DNA of 62,982 bases, filler included, from Rhabdomonas costata (GCA_019059605.1; 49 parts of 49 records of this genome joined end to end with filler, not necessarily neighbours in it), one strand, 5' to 3'. Positions 26,199 through 39,602 are shown, counted from the whole stretch's first letter. Notes: generated by a model from the letters alone, not told the origin. Program-made: numbers and translations.

Positions 26199-28611
26199 CT
26201 GATGCGCCATCCCCCCCCCCAAAAAAAAAAGGAGAGGGAGGGAGACGGGCACACATACAAGACGATCACATCTTCCCTGGCACAGGAATGGAGCAACCAA
26301 GCTCGAAGCAAGGAGCGGAATACATTGGCAGCAGAGCACCCCTTAAGGGGACAACCGAACCTGACAACTTCAGCCCTGACAGTGGATCAAGCAAGCATTT
26401 CTATAAAAAAATATACAAAAAATGATGACCTGACGGAGGCGGAGGCGGAGGCGGTACCCAACTTCCTTCGACGGAACTCATTATATATTCCGGCATAAGT
26501 CCAGCATGCGGCAAACGGGCAAATACTTGGTTTCCCGTCCAAAGCATTTTTTGTGGGGAGGGGGGGATCAGACGCACGCACAGGCGTATACCTGATAGTG
26601 TGCCAAGGCCTCGGAAAACTGCCCAAGCTCGTGATGTGCCACTCCGGCGGTGTTGTGATGCTCGGCCGTGGGGTTGGACACGAGTTGAAAACATCCAATC
26701 GCAGCCTGAGGGCATGAAATAATGGAGTGGACTCAATTCGGGGTGCAGACGCTAATTAAAGTCAAAAGCTGCCAAACCGGTGCACACTGTCTCGGGCCTG
26801 TATTACCATCACCGCCCGCCCGCCTCCCGTTCTCTTCGACTCTTCCTCCTCCTCCTCCTCTCTCCCTTTTCCTCCCTTCTCTCGGCTTTTCCTTCTTGTT
26901 TTCTGCACGCTAACCATTTTCTATCCTAAAAATCAAGATCACAAACAAANNNNNNNNNNNNNNNNNNNNNNNNNNNNNNNNNNNNNNNNNNNNTTAATTA
27001 ATTAANNNNNNNNNNNNNNNNNNNNNNNNNNNNNNNNNNNNNNNNNNNNGGTGGTGTGTTGGGTTTGTATGTCCGATCGCTGTCTGGATGTTAAGAAATG
27101 CGCGGAGCACGTTCACTTGGCATTGTAACTACAACCTTGTATCATTGGGTCAGTCGCCCGGGCTAGCCGTCTCTTCGGATTGCTCAGCCAGCCTGTTCAA
27201 AAAGAGAATCTTGGTGAAAGGTTGGCCAATTATCGCCAGTGTTGGGATGATGTGCGGAAAGCCTGATGATTGCAGCGTCTTTTCGAAGAGCATGTGTGCG
27301 TCAGACAGGCTTGGATGGAACCAAAACCCCCCGATTCCTCCCTTCGCCATTTCCCAAGGGCTCCACGGACTCTCCGAAGACCTACGGCTCCCTGGAGGAG
27401 ATCACCTGCGTGATCCTGTTGAAGAGCCTAGACTTGCTTGGGTACAGCTGTTGCGTGATTCTGAGCATATGTGACGGGAAGCCCGCTTCCGTTTGCGGGA
27501 TCTGCACCAGCCCCGTGGGTCCAGGGCACACCTTGTGCTGACATCCAGGTCAGAAGTCATAAACGACTCATTGCAAATCAGACATCTTGCACTGCAGAAA
27601 GGTTCTTACCTGGAGGTGCATTTTTTTTGCTTTGCTCTTTGTGCTTCTACGTTCATCTTACGCGGGGCAATAAAAAACTACCAGAGCTCATTCCCAGGTA
27701 CCGGCAAGAGCAGTGGAGCAGTGACTGCCGAAAAGGCCCCTCCACTCGCGAAAGGAGGCTTATCATTTTCCCAGAGAACATGGATCCGCTGTATGTTGTG
27801 ACGCTTTCCTCCCGTTGGGCTCCAGATACTTCACTCACCCGCCGCAGCAGAGGCCTGTGGGCACGGAGGAGAGTGGCACCAGCCTGTTCGCCGAGGCCCT
27901 CAGTGAGGTCAACTGGTAAGGCTGTTTTTGTTTTGCGTAGGAAGCTGCCTTCCCCCTCTCTTTCTTCGGCTTGTGTCACACCCACGGGCTTTTTTCGATA
28001 CAGATATTGATATTAACTGAAATCTGAAAAAAAAAACAGCGATAAGAATCTCCCACAAAAAGTGCAGAAAAAAGTGCCGGACTTGCATCCTAGGGCCGAT
28101 CGCACTACATCCATTCTTTGCTCTCCTGTGCTGGCTCGTCTGAAGGGTGTAAAGGGGTCGACTGCATCAGTGTATGTACCAAAGGCAGCAATCGCCCCCT
28201 CCTCCCCATTTCGTCGCTGCCTTTAACCTTTTTCTNNNNNNNNNNNNNNNNNNNNNNNNNNNNNNNNNNNNNNNNNNNNTTAATTAATTAANNNNNNNNN
28301 NNNNNNNNNNNNNNNNNNNNNNNNNNNNNNNNNNNTTGTGGGTTTCAGACTTCTCCTCACCCCCGCACTCAGAGCCAGGACTGGAGACGAGGCTGCGACC
28401 AGCCCGAGCTCCGCTGCACACGGAGCTTGTCGTGGAGCCTGGCCGGGTGTGGGGTGTTGCGTTCGTTAAGGGGGGACTCAAACGGCAGGAAGGAACCAAC
28501 AACACAGACACAACCAGACAGCAATCGCACACTGATCCAAGATAAAACAAGCTGCCATTGCGAGGAAACCAAAATGCTGAACTATGGAAAAGTAGCAGAG
28601 TTGTTGACATG

Positions 28612-29002
28612 ACTCCTCAGTGCACTTCACGAGCTCCTCCTTGACAGAAAGCGTGGAGGCCACCGCATTGAGCATCGACACCAGGCTGCTCTTCAGCCGA
28701 AGCTCGTCCTGGAGCTGTACGGCGAGGAGGGGGAAGCACGGCTTGGTAAGAAGAAAGTTCACAAAGAAATACGCTTCGGGGACCCCACGGAGGGGTCCGC
28801 CCCATGCAAAAGGAAAGAGATATGCACCAGCAAATTATAAAATGAACGGTGGCAATGACCTTGGCGATGCGGAAGGGAAGGGTGCACTTCTCAATGAGCT
28901 CGCACAGCGGCACCAGAGCGTCCGTGACGCCGGCCTCGAGAATCTCCATGCAGAACCCGATCGCGTCGGGGATCCCCCTCAGCCCGCAGCACACATGAAA
29001 CC
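28612..29002 (-). CDS. Exons 29002-28860 and 28741 to about 28612 of a possible CFAP69-like flagellar protein
   Basis: PLCELIEKCTLPF resembles the CFAP69 N-terminal motif from memory; phase-0 GT-AG intron 28859-28742. Confidence 0.4.
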
Positions 29003-31260
29003 CTGCAGGAGCAGAGAGAGTCACTCTCAACATACAAGAAATAGCTCAGCTCAGCATATTTCAGTTGGCATGCTATGAAAACAAGCATGCTATGAAGCGC
29101 GCAGGAGGCATTGTTAGAACACGAAGCACAGAAAGATGAACAATAGGTGTGTGAAGTATGTTGTGTGGAGCAGGAATATAGCTTGCTAAAAAATAGGGGC
29201 TGGAACTTCCTTAACTTAACTCCAACTCACCGGTGGGTGCAAGGAAGAAAATTAAGGGAGGGGAAAAGGAAAAACCAGAAAACGAAGGAAGAGTGAGAGA
29301 GGGAAGGAAGGCGGGCTTAACCCAGTGTGATAAAGATGATTTGTATCCGAGAAAAAGAGAGGGACAGAGAATGAGTCATTAGGAGACAGCGCAGGGCACT
29401 GGATGCAATGGAGGTAATAAGAAGTCCATCAGTAGGCACTTGGCCACCGGTTCCGTCAGCCCACGAAGGAAGCACATAAACATACGGCAAGCCGAGCCGC
29501 CACACCACAACCCCAACCACAAANNNNNNNNNNNNNNNNNNNNNNNNNNNNNNNNNNNNNNNNNNNNTTAATTAATTAANNNNNNNNNNNNNNNNNNNNN
29601 NNNNNNNNNNNNNNNNNNNNNNNGGGTTGTTGTTGCAGTTGTTTTGTTGTTGGTCGTGTTTTGTATAAAGTGGCTTAGTATGGTGATGTGATTTTTCGAG
29701 TTGTAATCGCGTTTTGTAGCTGGAGTTTGTTTTTTAAAATTAAGTCATGTATCCTTCCGCCAGTGGGCTTGAGTGGTGATGATTGTTTTTTGCGGTTGTG
29801 GTGGGTTTCAAATTTGGGTTGTTATTTTCGCGTGGAATTTGTGATTTTATTTTTTGTGTGGGTTTTTAAGCATTGCGTTTTGTGTTGGAAGTCGTTTGTG
29901 ATGTCCAATGGAATTAGGCACCACAAATAGTTTGTATAAAGTCTTGTAATTTGTGTTTTGTTGTGGCGTTGGTTGCTGTCCGGTGGTGGTTGGCACAGTG
30001 TGACTCTGAGGCGCAGGTATAATTCCAAGGTTTGAGGTTGCGTCAATGCCGCTAAGTGTTTGCCGCTGTGGTGTGCCGTGATGGAGCATTGTGGTAACAT
30101 CCTTGTAAGACCTCCATCACGTCATGCCATAGTGGATGATGTGGTGGTTGTAGTGGCGTTATTATGTAGCGTCTGGTGGTTAAGCAGATGTAATCCATCA
30201 TGGTTGTATGTGAAGATGGATGCTCTGTAGTTGTCCAATGAACCCTATGTCATGGTCTGGCTGTAACAGGCTTCCCAAACACATGATGTTGACGCTTGTG
30301 TTGTGTTGATGGTTTCACGCAGTGCTAGTGATATGTTTGAATCTGCGGTTGTTACCGTAATGAGGGCAAGTTGGAACCGAGAGAAGAGGTGATTCAAATG
30401 TGCACGAAAACCAAATAGTGGCATTTCTCAAGCTGTAGATCGCGTATGGCGAAAGAAACTGCTAGTTGTGGTGAGTGAGCATAACCAATGGAGCAAACTT
30501 GGTGGCAACGTTCTAAAAGTCAAGTTAACCCACTGGTAAACAAACTTGCTAATGCTGCTAGTACCTCAGCTTTAGAAGGCCTGTAAACCAAAAGCAGTGG
30601 AGTAATGCAAACATGAGGCGTACATAAGAAGATCACAGAAGAATAAGAGAAGAATAAGAGAAGATCACAGTGGTGCCTGCATCTCTGCGCTTAGTCACTA
30701 TGTTCCCCGCTCTTCTCTTAATGTCCAGATAAAGTAGACAGAAGAACAAAGGAAGCTTGAAACGGAATACCAGAAGTCATAAGGAAGAAACCGACACCGA
30801 ACCCACCACAANNNNNNNNNNNNNNNNNNNNNNNNNNNNNNNNNNNNNNNNNNNNTTAATTAATTAANNNNNNNNNNNNNNNNNNNNNNNNNNNNNNNNN
30901 NNNNNNNNNNNGTTGTTTTGCGTCGTGTCCTCGATTCCATTGGCAACACCAGCCAGATGCTGCCACGACACATCAGAGTCCAAAAGAATGCGAGCGACTC
31001 TTCTTTTCGTCCTTCCCGAGATACCGAAGGTCAACATAGCGCTGAACCAGTACATCGCAAGGGGTTGCGGAGGGGCCTTGAGCAGATGCGGTAGCAAGGT
31101 GAGGCTGGACTTGAGTTGAAGTCGAACCACGGCAAATCTTGTTTCGTGTCATCACAGCGATTGCGCAGGCCACCAGGGCGGTGTGGTCAAGCAAACGATG
31201 TTGCTGAACTTTCTGCGAGAAAAGCTGCTCTTGGCAATTGGGAATGTGCCTGCCCCTCAG

Positions 31261-31587
31261 TCATTCCAGACTGAGCCCTGCTCTTGTCTCACTTTTTCGG
31301 GAGGAAAGCCGTTGAAGCAAATTCTCCACTGCCGCGGCAAACTCGTCTTCGCTCGCCAAAAACCCTGACGCCGCGCGGTCCACCTTATCAAAGACCTCCT
31401 TCAAAAGTTGCTCCGTGAGCATTGGAAATCTCTCAGGCGGAAAGAGCTTGCGCACCCCTACAAGGAACTCCTGCCACGTCACAGCACCAGTCGCCGCAGA
31501 GTCACAAGTGTTTAAAGCAGCTGTGACAAGGGCGCGGAGTCTGGCGCGGTCGGAAATGGTGTCATCCAAGTCTTGGAGGGTTGGGGC
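31261..31587 (-). CDS. EF-hand pair protein exon
   Basis: CDSAATGAVTWQEF and FDKVDRAASGFLASEDEF. Confidence 0.7.
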   Translation of the reverse strand, partial: APTLQDLDDTISDRARLRALVTAALNTCDSAATGAVTWQEFLVGVRKLFPPERFPMLTEQLLKEVFDKVDRAASGFLASEDEFAAAVENLLQRLSSRKSETRAGLSLE

Positions 31588-31902
31588 TGAAGCAACAATC
31601 GATATCGTTCTTTGCCCACCAAACATGCCCCCCCCCTCCCATTTAGATTCAAGGGGCTTCAAATCAACTCTTTCTTTATCACAACAGGACACCTCTTTGA
31701 CCGAAAGGTGCCAGCAAGTTAGCAGCCAAATTCACAGCAGATGTCACAAAACTAGGTTACTAGGTCAATTAAAAACAGTTCCAGCGGCATCCAGGGTTAG
31801 TTCAGGGCAGCTTGCACAACTAAAAAACATTTCCAAAAAACGCGCAACCTTTCTTTTCGACGTCAAAGTTGCAGGAAAACGGCTTTACCGGAGTGCTGTA
31901 TG

Positions 31903-32095
31903 TGGTTGCGACGTTTTGAGAGAGGAAGCTAATACGGTTCATAGACTAAGAGACGAGCTTCCCAGTTCTATTCCATTTGAAAGAGAGGCAAAGCGCTGCT
32001 CTGTAATTAGCTGGGCATCAGAGGTTAGTCGTCTGGGAAGCTCGTCTCTTAGTCTATGAACCGTATTAGCTTCCTCTCTCAAAACGTCACAACCC
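31903..32095. repeat. Terminal inverted repeat with arms of about 60 bp, probable WGA fold-back
   Basis: 31903-31965 is the reverse complement of about 32033-32095, at the contig end. Confidence 0.85.
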
Positions 32096-32239
32096 CACAN
32101 NNNNNNNNNNNNNNNNNNNNNNNNNNNNNNNNNNNNNNNNNNNTTAATTAATTAANNNNNNNNNNNNNNNNNNNNNNNNNNNNNNNNNNNNNNNNNNNNT
32201 TTGTTTTGTTAGAGTCTTGGCTCCTGTTTTTGATCAAAG

Positions 32240-32539
32240 GGGTACGAGGTGAAGACCCAAGGAGACAGTTTCATGGTGGCCTTCCAGGAGGCCTCTGTTG
32301 CGGTAAAGTGGGCGCTGGACGTGCAGGAGGCGCTGCTGCGGGTGCAGTGGCCGGAGGACATTCTGATGGAGGAGAGCGGGAAGGAGGTGCTGCGGGAGGG
32401 CACCAGCCAGAGCAGCAAGGAGGAGGGCTCGGGGAAGTACCTCTTCCGCGGGCTTCGGGTTCGGGTGGGGATCCACACGGGGACGCCTGAGCTGGAATAC
32501 AACCCTCGCACCAACGGAGTGGACTACTTCGGGCCCGTG
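32240..32539 (+). CDS. Class III adenylate cyclase catalytic exon (euglenozoan/fungal type)
   Basis: GYEVKTQGDSFMVAF, FRGLRVRVGIHTG, DYFGPV; AAG acceptor and GTGTGT donor. Confidence 0.95.
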
Positions 32540-34180
32540 GTGTGTGTGGGTTTCGCTGAGTCCGCGCATTCCTTTTTTCCAATAGCTGGACCTCTTTTTG
32601 TGTATTGCAGGCTGCAGGTGGAAACACCCCTCAACCCCATCACGTCTTGCATCTGGGTTGGGAATTGGCACTCTTACATCCTCAGGCTTGGGTACCTCAG
32701 CAACAGGGGTGGCCTTACACTCACTACATATACCCACTCTTACTTGTTAGATGTAGGGAATGGAGCGGTAGGATTGCCACATGCAGGGGCAACACATACA
32801 CCACGAACCAACACATAGCACCATAGCATAGAGGGTGTTACCCTGAGGCAGTAGGATCAGCACCACAGCCACGATGACCACCCCACCATGACCCACACCC
32901 CAACTTCACAATATCAAGGGGTACAGAAGGCATACACCCCATGCTAGCCCTGATGCCATGAGTGTGATGGTGACCTTGGCGTGATGACCATGGCTACTAT
33001 GACACTGACACCACAACACAGGATAACACTATGTATGATGTTGGGTTTTAGCAGGATGACACACATGGGCTAACATCGCTCTGAAACAAATGCTAACATG
33101 TGCCACTCCACCACCACCACCACTGCCACGACACCAACACCATAACATAGCCATTATGGCACACACAACACCACTACCAGGGTAACACACCCATGGGTTG
33201 ATGTTGAGATGTCACAATGCCCAATGCCATGATGCCAACACCACCACGTTAGGACGTGACGCTATACCTGGATGTTGATGAGGGTGATGTATATTGGGAG
33301 TTGGGACTAGCGCATGGACTAACACACTGGGTAAAGTGCCATGAACCGCACCACGACCACCAACGCTACCACCACCAAAAAACANNNNNNNNNNNNNNNN
33401 NNNNNNNNNNNNNNNNNNNNNNNNNNNNTTAATTAATTAANNNNNNNNNNNNNNNNNNNNNNNNNNNNNNNNNNNNNNNNNNNNGTGGGGTTGTTTTTAT
33501 GCCGAGCTATGTGCTTTTTTCCAGGCTGTGGCAGATATCCCGCAGCTTCAGCTCCCTGGGTCAACGCTCCCGAAAGAGGTTGCAGTTCTGCTTCGTGTGC
33601 ATGTTTCTGAGACCTCGCTGAAAGGAAAGGAAAGGAAAGGAAAGACCCCTTTAGAAACTGGGTTGGCTTACATGTAACTCTCAGCATTCTGCTTCGGCTT
33701 TGCTCTGACTATGAGCCTTTACAAATTTTGCCGCTGTTTCAATTGCATCTTAAGTGGTCTGAAATGGGTGGATGCTTGGCGCCTTCTCATTAGTTTTACT
33801 CTGTCTGCTCATGTGAGAGGAAAATGGTCTTTACCATTTTTATCCCAGGAACCAGGGATGAAAGTGAGAACTGCAGAAGAGACCGTGGCAGAAGCTGATA
33901 AAGGCAATCGCAATCGGAAGAGAAGTAGAAAGAGACGAGTAACCAGGGATATAGACTCCCTGAGGGTTGGCGAAGAAAGAAAGCAACTCAAATTGTGCTT
34001 GAGGGATGTCAATGCCTCCGCACTCTACCTGTAGAGAAAAGAGAAGAGACCCAGGCGCCCAGACGTCGGAATAGCAGGGGGGGGGGGTGCTCGGGACTCA
34101 GGGAAGCAGAGGGACTGACTTTTCTGGAGCAAATGTGTGTTGATGTCTCGTCTTTGTCCGTATTTTTTCCCCTGTCGCAG

Positions 34181-34264
34181 AAGAAGACTGAGGAGTTTCA
34201 GGATGCTCTCGAGAGGATCATGGGGCAAAGGAAGCAGCTTCGGGAAGCCCAGGAAATGGCTCAG
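34181..34264 (+). CDS. Short coiled-coil exon, hypothetical protein
   Basis: CAG|AAG..CAG|GTCTCG; KKTEEFQDALERIMGQRKQLREAQEMAQ. Confidence 0.5.
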
Positions 34265-34772
34265 GTCTCGTGCCCGCCATCAGTGTGGGTTGTTGTGTGG
34301 TCTCAATGGAAGTCCTCTGGAAGGGAATTGAAGCTATCTCGGTTCATCATCGGAGTGCATGCTGTGAGGGTTGGTGCAGCTTTGGGCGTGTGCTCAATTC
34401 ACCAGCACTTGTGATGGGTTTGAATTGTGGGATCGCCGAACTTGGAGACAGAAATTGTTGCAAGATTTATGTCACTTTCCATCATCTTCCACTCCCTCGA
34501 CCCACCCGTGCACCCAGGAAAGAACATAGGAAAGAAGGAGGAACAGATTATAAGACATAAGAACAGATTATAAGACATAACGGCATCTTGCACCCCGATC
34601 CAGCCCTACAGACACCCTATGCCCGTCCAGAGCTGGTACTTGAATTCCAGGGGCACAAACAACCCCCCACCCNNNNNNNNNNNNNNNNNNNNNNNNNNNN
34701 NNNNNNNNNNNNNNNNTTAATTAATTAANNNNNNNNNNNNNNNNNNNNNNNNNNNNNNNNNNNNNNNNNNNN

Positions 34773-35960
34773 TTGGAATGAAGTGACACAAGATGCCTTA
34801 TACACGACTTGCTGATGACTAATGACAGTTTTGAAATTATAGGACTCATGTGGCTAATAATTGCTTCTGTGTACACAAGTATGCTTGAACGTAAAAAAAT
34901 ATCCACTGACACTTAGAGTTAAGAGGTGAAATCTTTTTGTTTTGTGAACGTGACCACTTCAATCTTATTGTGAATGTTTTGTAATTATAAACACTTAATG
35001 TCACATGTTATTAACCACAACTATAGTATTAGTGGTATTAGCGTTAACTTGATAAATAACGACTACATGTTCTCTTGCAAACAGTGCCATTTGCTTAGCG
35101 TTCTTAACGTACTACTGAGAAAGGGGAAAGTTACGTAAAATAAGTTCATAGGTTTATTGATTATGTTCTTGTCTGATTTCGCACGCATATATTTGTTGGG
35201 CTACAATTTTGTCCACAAGCGCCTTCAAGAATTTGCGCAAAATCTACTGCTACTGCATTTTTGTGTTGGGTGCATTTTAAATTGTACAGATGAACAAAAG
35301 TCCATGATACCGTAATCAGTCTAGCAGATCTAGGCGAGATACGGTATTTTTCTGTGTGCGTTGTAATTCCTTGTCGCAAATGTATTCAGCAAACCACAGT
35401 TACTGTTAATATCCATTTACACATGACGTTAACAATAATATTCCACTACGAGACAACGTAGCATCTCAGCAGCGTTATTGTACAAGAAACAAACATTCGA
35501 TATGATGAAACCGGCTTTGAAAATCAGCTGCTTACGTATTTTATTTCAGAATTTTTATAATATTCAAAGTATACAACGCGCTGTCTATTCGAGCAAACTA
35601 GCTAAGCTTAGGTGATGATATACGGCGCCGAAAGAAGCTAAAAAATAGGAGCATTTTCCCCGGAAGTATCAACTCCACCAATTGAATGGAAGCTCTCACT
35701 TGTGCTTGTTTTTAATGTGGTTTGCACCTTTTCCATGCTGTAGCGGACGGAAATGGTTTCAATCAGTGTGCTAGTGTGGGCCTTCATGTGAAAAGAGAAC
35801 TGTGAATGCCTCGTGCGCTGGTGCTGCTTTTCGTTGGATTGAAGTGACACAAGATGCCTTATACACGACTTGCTGATGACTAATGACAGTTTTGAAATTA
35901 TAGGACTCATGTGGCTAATAATTGCTTCTGTGTACACAAGTATGCTTGAACGTAAAAAAA
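34773..35960. repeat. Contig with a 127-bp terminal direct repeat: 1061-bp circular molecule or collapsed tandem-repeat unit
   Basis: 34773-34899 matches 35834-35960 with one mismatch; AT-rich; no long ORF. Confidence 0.9.
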
Positions 35961-36060
35961 NNNNNNNNNNNNNNNNNNNNNNNNNNNNNNNNNNNNNNNN
36001 NNNNTTAATTAATTAANNNNNNNNNNNNNNNNNNNNNNNNNNNNNNNNNNNNNNNNNNNN

Positions 36061-36856
36061 GGGTGGTGTGGCGCTGCTGGGCCACAAGAGGCTCCAGCAG
36101 ACTGAGACTTTTGCTGGTACAATTATTCGAGGAGAAGTCCAGCGTGAGAGAAATGAGCTTGGTGTTCATCGCAAGGGAAGCAACAAGCACCTGCAGATGC
36201 TCGTCATTGAACTCACACTCCGTCAGCCTAACCGTTGCACACCGAAGGCTGGAGGCACACAATGCTGTGGAAACCTCCTTCAATGCCGGCACAGAGAGCA
36301 ACCCACCGCAGAACTCCAAGGAAAGAGCACCAAGCGACGAGCATTGCCCCAAGTTGGCAAGAGCGGTGGTCAACGAAGCGCTCATTTGCGTCTCTGAAGA
36401 TCTGTAAACACCATGAAAACTGAGCTCAGTGAGGCAGCCGAGGGATGGCAGGCTGTTGAGTAGGCGCTCGTGGTGGGGGAACCCATCCCGCTGCTCCAGC
36501 CGAAAACTGCACACAGAAGACGGAATACTGCAAACCGGGACACGGTGCCCAGTGGAACTTGGACTACAGATATGACTCATATGAAGGATCACGGCCCAGC
36601 GTTGACACACTGCAGAAACTTCTTCTGCGTGCAAAGCTGAACATATGTCGAGTGACGTCTTCGCTGAGGTCGGAGAGAGGCAGGCTCGTATCAGCCATAT
36701 AGACAATGAATTCTCTTGAGGCGTGCTACTGGGAGCTACTCCACAACTAGCACAACAACATCCGCTCAACAGCACCAATCGACTAGTAAGTAACAGGAAA
36801 CGCGATTCCGTGCCCCTGCTGTCACACGTCATCACTTCTCGCAACATGTGTCGCAC
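36061..36856 (-). CDS. Leucine-rich repeat (RNI-like) protein, partial
   Basis: LTELSFHG, LGALSLEFC, LRCATVRLTECEFNDEHLQVL, LISLTLDFSSNNCT. Confidence 0.75.
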
Positions 36857-39380
36857 TTTCCCAACATATGTCGTTCTCGCTAAGTCGACTATGCACTGCT
36901 TTCACTGCTTCTTTCCCCCCATTTTTCCAGTGTGTAGATTCCCATGAGACCTTGTGCGATAGGGACTAGTGGACGACGCACCACAATTCAGAACGCTTTC
37001 GCCAATCTGACTCGGGGGGCCTCCTTCAATTTCAATTGCTCGGCAGGGACCGATTACGAAAAGTCAGGACAGGGGGGCTGCGGAAGAGCTGACCAATGTG
37101 TCCCTGGTATGCAGTAAGAGGCCAGCAGACAAGTTGCCTCGTTCACCGACGATGGGAGGAAGACATGAGGTGACGACCGAAAATTTGTTCTGAACGCGTT
37201 GTCACGCTCATTTAAATCTGATGTTGCACTGTAATATCCACCCCCACANNNNNNNNNNNNNNNNNNNNNNNNNNNNNNNNNNNNNNNNNNNNTTAATTAA
37301 TTAANNNNNNNNNNNNNNNNNNNNNNNNNNNNNNNNNNNNNNNNNNNNGTTGGGTTGTGTGCTGGCTACCTCCTTCCACGTGACTTCCATCCATTGGTCT
37401 GGTTCTGCTTCGCCAGGGTCTTCCACACTGTCTCTCTGCTGGCCTTCCCTCTCTCACCTGGCCATGCTCTGCTCGCCTTCTCTCCCAGCTGGTTGATATA
37501 TATAGCCTGACCCATGGCCTGGCCAGGAGCTGGCTCAGGAGGGGCTGAGATTCGACTTCTGTCTGAGCTTACCCTTGACAAAAGGGCTCTGGAAACCTCT
37601 GGAAAATGTCTGTGTCCCACGCATGTGACCTTTCTACTCTGTCTCTGGATGTGGAACACCTGGGTGATCTGGAACGTTACACTCTCCCCTGCTAGGACGG
37701 AGGACGTCTCCAGCAGACGGCCGACGGCCGATAACCCGAACGGTCCACCTGTGCAACTGTGAAAGCACATTTTCCCCTGTAGATGTGGATTCCACTGTAC
37801 ACCAGTGTATACGGTATGTGTATGTATAACATTCGTCTTCGTGAAGCATGACATGAATCTGCACCAACTGTGGATGAGAAGGACACACCAGCTGGCGCAT
37901 CAGAACAGCAGTCTGTGGAAAGGCTTCCCACACACCACAAACCTCACACATCTGGATTGAACGCAACGCTGTTGAAACACACCACATACGCTCTGGAAAC
38001 ACAACACACACTCACAAATCACACACCATCATAGCTTTGATTTGGGATGAAAACATACAACTCTGGAACTCTACAGCTGGCATACCCTAACCACTGTAAC
38101 TCTTTCTAGCAGATTGTTGCGACATTTTCAGCTATGGACTGAGCAACACTGGGAAGTAGCATCTCAAAGAGAAACTCGAAAGCACTCAGTCAGAGCTCTC
38201 CCCACAACCCACGCTGTGGATTCACCCCTCACAAACCACCAACGCTGTGGAGCCTCACCCCTCACCCACACACCAACACACTCTCTCTCACCGCTCCTCA
38301 GGAGGGTTGGCTCTCTCTCAGCTGTGGATTTGGCACACCACGGGCGCAGTACCGTGGTCTCGCTGTGGAAGTAGCTCGAGGGGAGGAACTTCTCCCACTA
38401 CTCTTCTTTCTTAGGCGAGTTGTTCCTTGCTCCTGAAAGGGAAAACAAAGCTACAAACACACATGACAAAGCATCAAAAACTTGTCTCCTGCCCGTCTGA
38501 TAACACGCTCTACTCCACCTACCCACTTGTGGATAACNNNNNNNNNNNNNNNNNNNNNNNNNNNNNNNNNNNNNNNNNNNNTTAATTAATTAANNNNNNN
38601 NNNNNNNNNNNNNNNNNNNNNNNNNNNNNNNNNNNNNTGTTGTTGGTGGAGCACTAAACCACTCTGGCGAGGGTTTAATTCTGGTATGCGAGAAATTTCT
38701 TTGAGTGTGTTGAGTTCGCCCGTTCTACGTAGCTATTCTTTTGTTGCAAGTTTGATCATCTTCTTTCACCAGAGGAATGCCTTTCATATCCTGGAACTGC
38801 TGGGTCCTGTGTTCATCGACGTAGCCCTTCTCTCTTCTGGAAGTTGTCGGAGTACATTTGCAACGAATGAGGCATGTGGACTGTTTCCCGTTACGTAAAT
38901 CTTGAAATACATTAACATGAAAAAGCCTTTTCTAGTGTTCCTGTTATAATGGCTAGTTGTTGCTAAGGTGCTGCACTTGCCGAATCCCTGAGGCTGAAGT
39001 TGACCGTGCATTCAGTAATATTTCAGCCATTCGGTATTCTGGAAATTCCAATGTTTTGAAGAAAGATTGGGGAAAGGGCCTTTGAGTCAGTTCAGCCACT
39101 TCACTTCAATACCTACAGCGCAATGGTCCAAAAAACACGGGAAATTGAAACGACTTGAGGATTGCCGGATCCCATAGTCCGCGATGGGTGTGCTCACGAG
39201 CACAACGTCGCGGCGTGAGCACACCTGCAATCTGTCCGAAAAGCTAGCAAAGAGACAGCATGCACTGTGCTGCCCCCACCCCCAGAAGGCACCCTTGCCA
39301 TGAGGCAAGGAAGCAACTTGCAAAACCACAGTACAGAATCAGGAGGAATCGAAAAAGCAGGAAATTGAGGGAGCCGCTGA

Positions 39381-39602
39381 TTACTTCTGGAGAGAAGGTG
39401 CAGGCCCAGGCCCGCCCAGCTCCCCAGCCTTTCCCGCAATAAACATCAGCAGGGCGTTCTGCATGTGCATCCGGTTCTCCGCCTGCGCCCACACCACGGA
39501 GTTCGGGGACTCCATCACCTCATCCGTGACCTCCCGCCCACGCTCCGCGGGGAGGCAGTGCATGAAGATCGTCGTGGGCTTCCCCGTGCGCTTCAGTAGG
39601 TT
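39381..39602 (-). CDS. OTC: Ornithine carbamoyltransferase, last exon
   Basis: [33 protein letters not shown] acceptor at 39604-39603 and an in-frame stop. Confidence 0.92.
   Translation of the reverse strand, partial: NLLKRTGKPTTIFMHCLPAERGREVTDEVMESPNSVVWAQAENRMHMQNALLMFIAGKAGELGGPGPAPSLQK

Noticed and set aside
23898..34580. Short tandem duplications (about 23900-23953 and 34541-34580)
   Set aside because: Ordinary slippage duplications.
37349..38537. Possible RT remnant (FVKHDM..HQLW)
   Set aside because: Too degenerate to call. Only the CpG-poor texture is retained as an observation.
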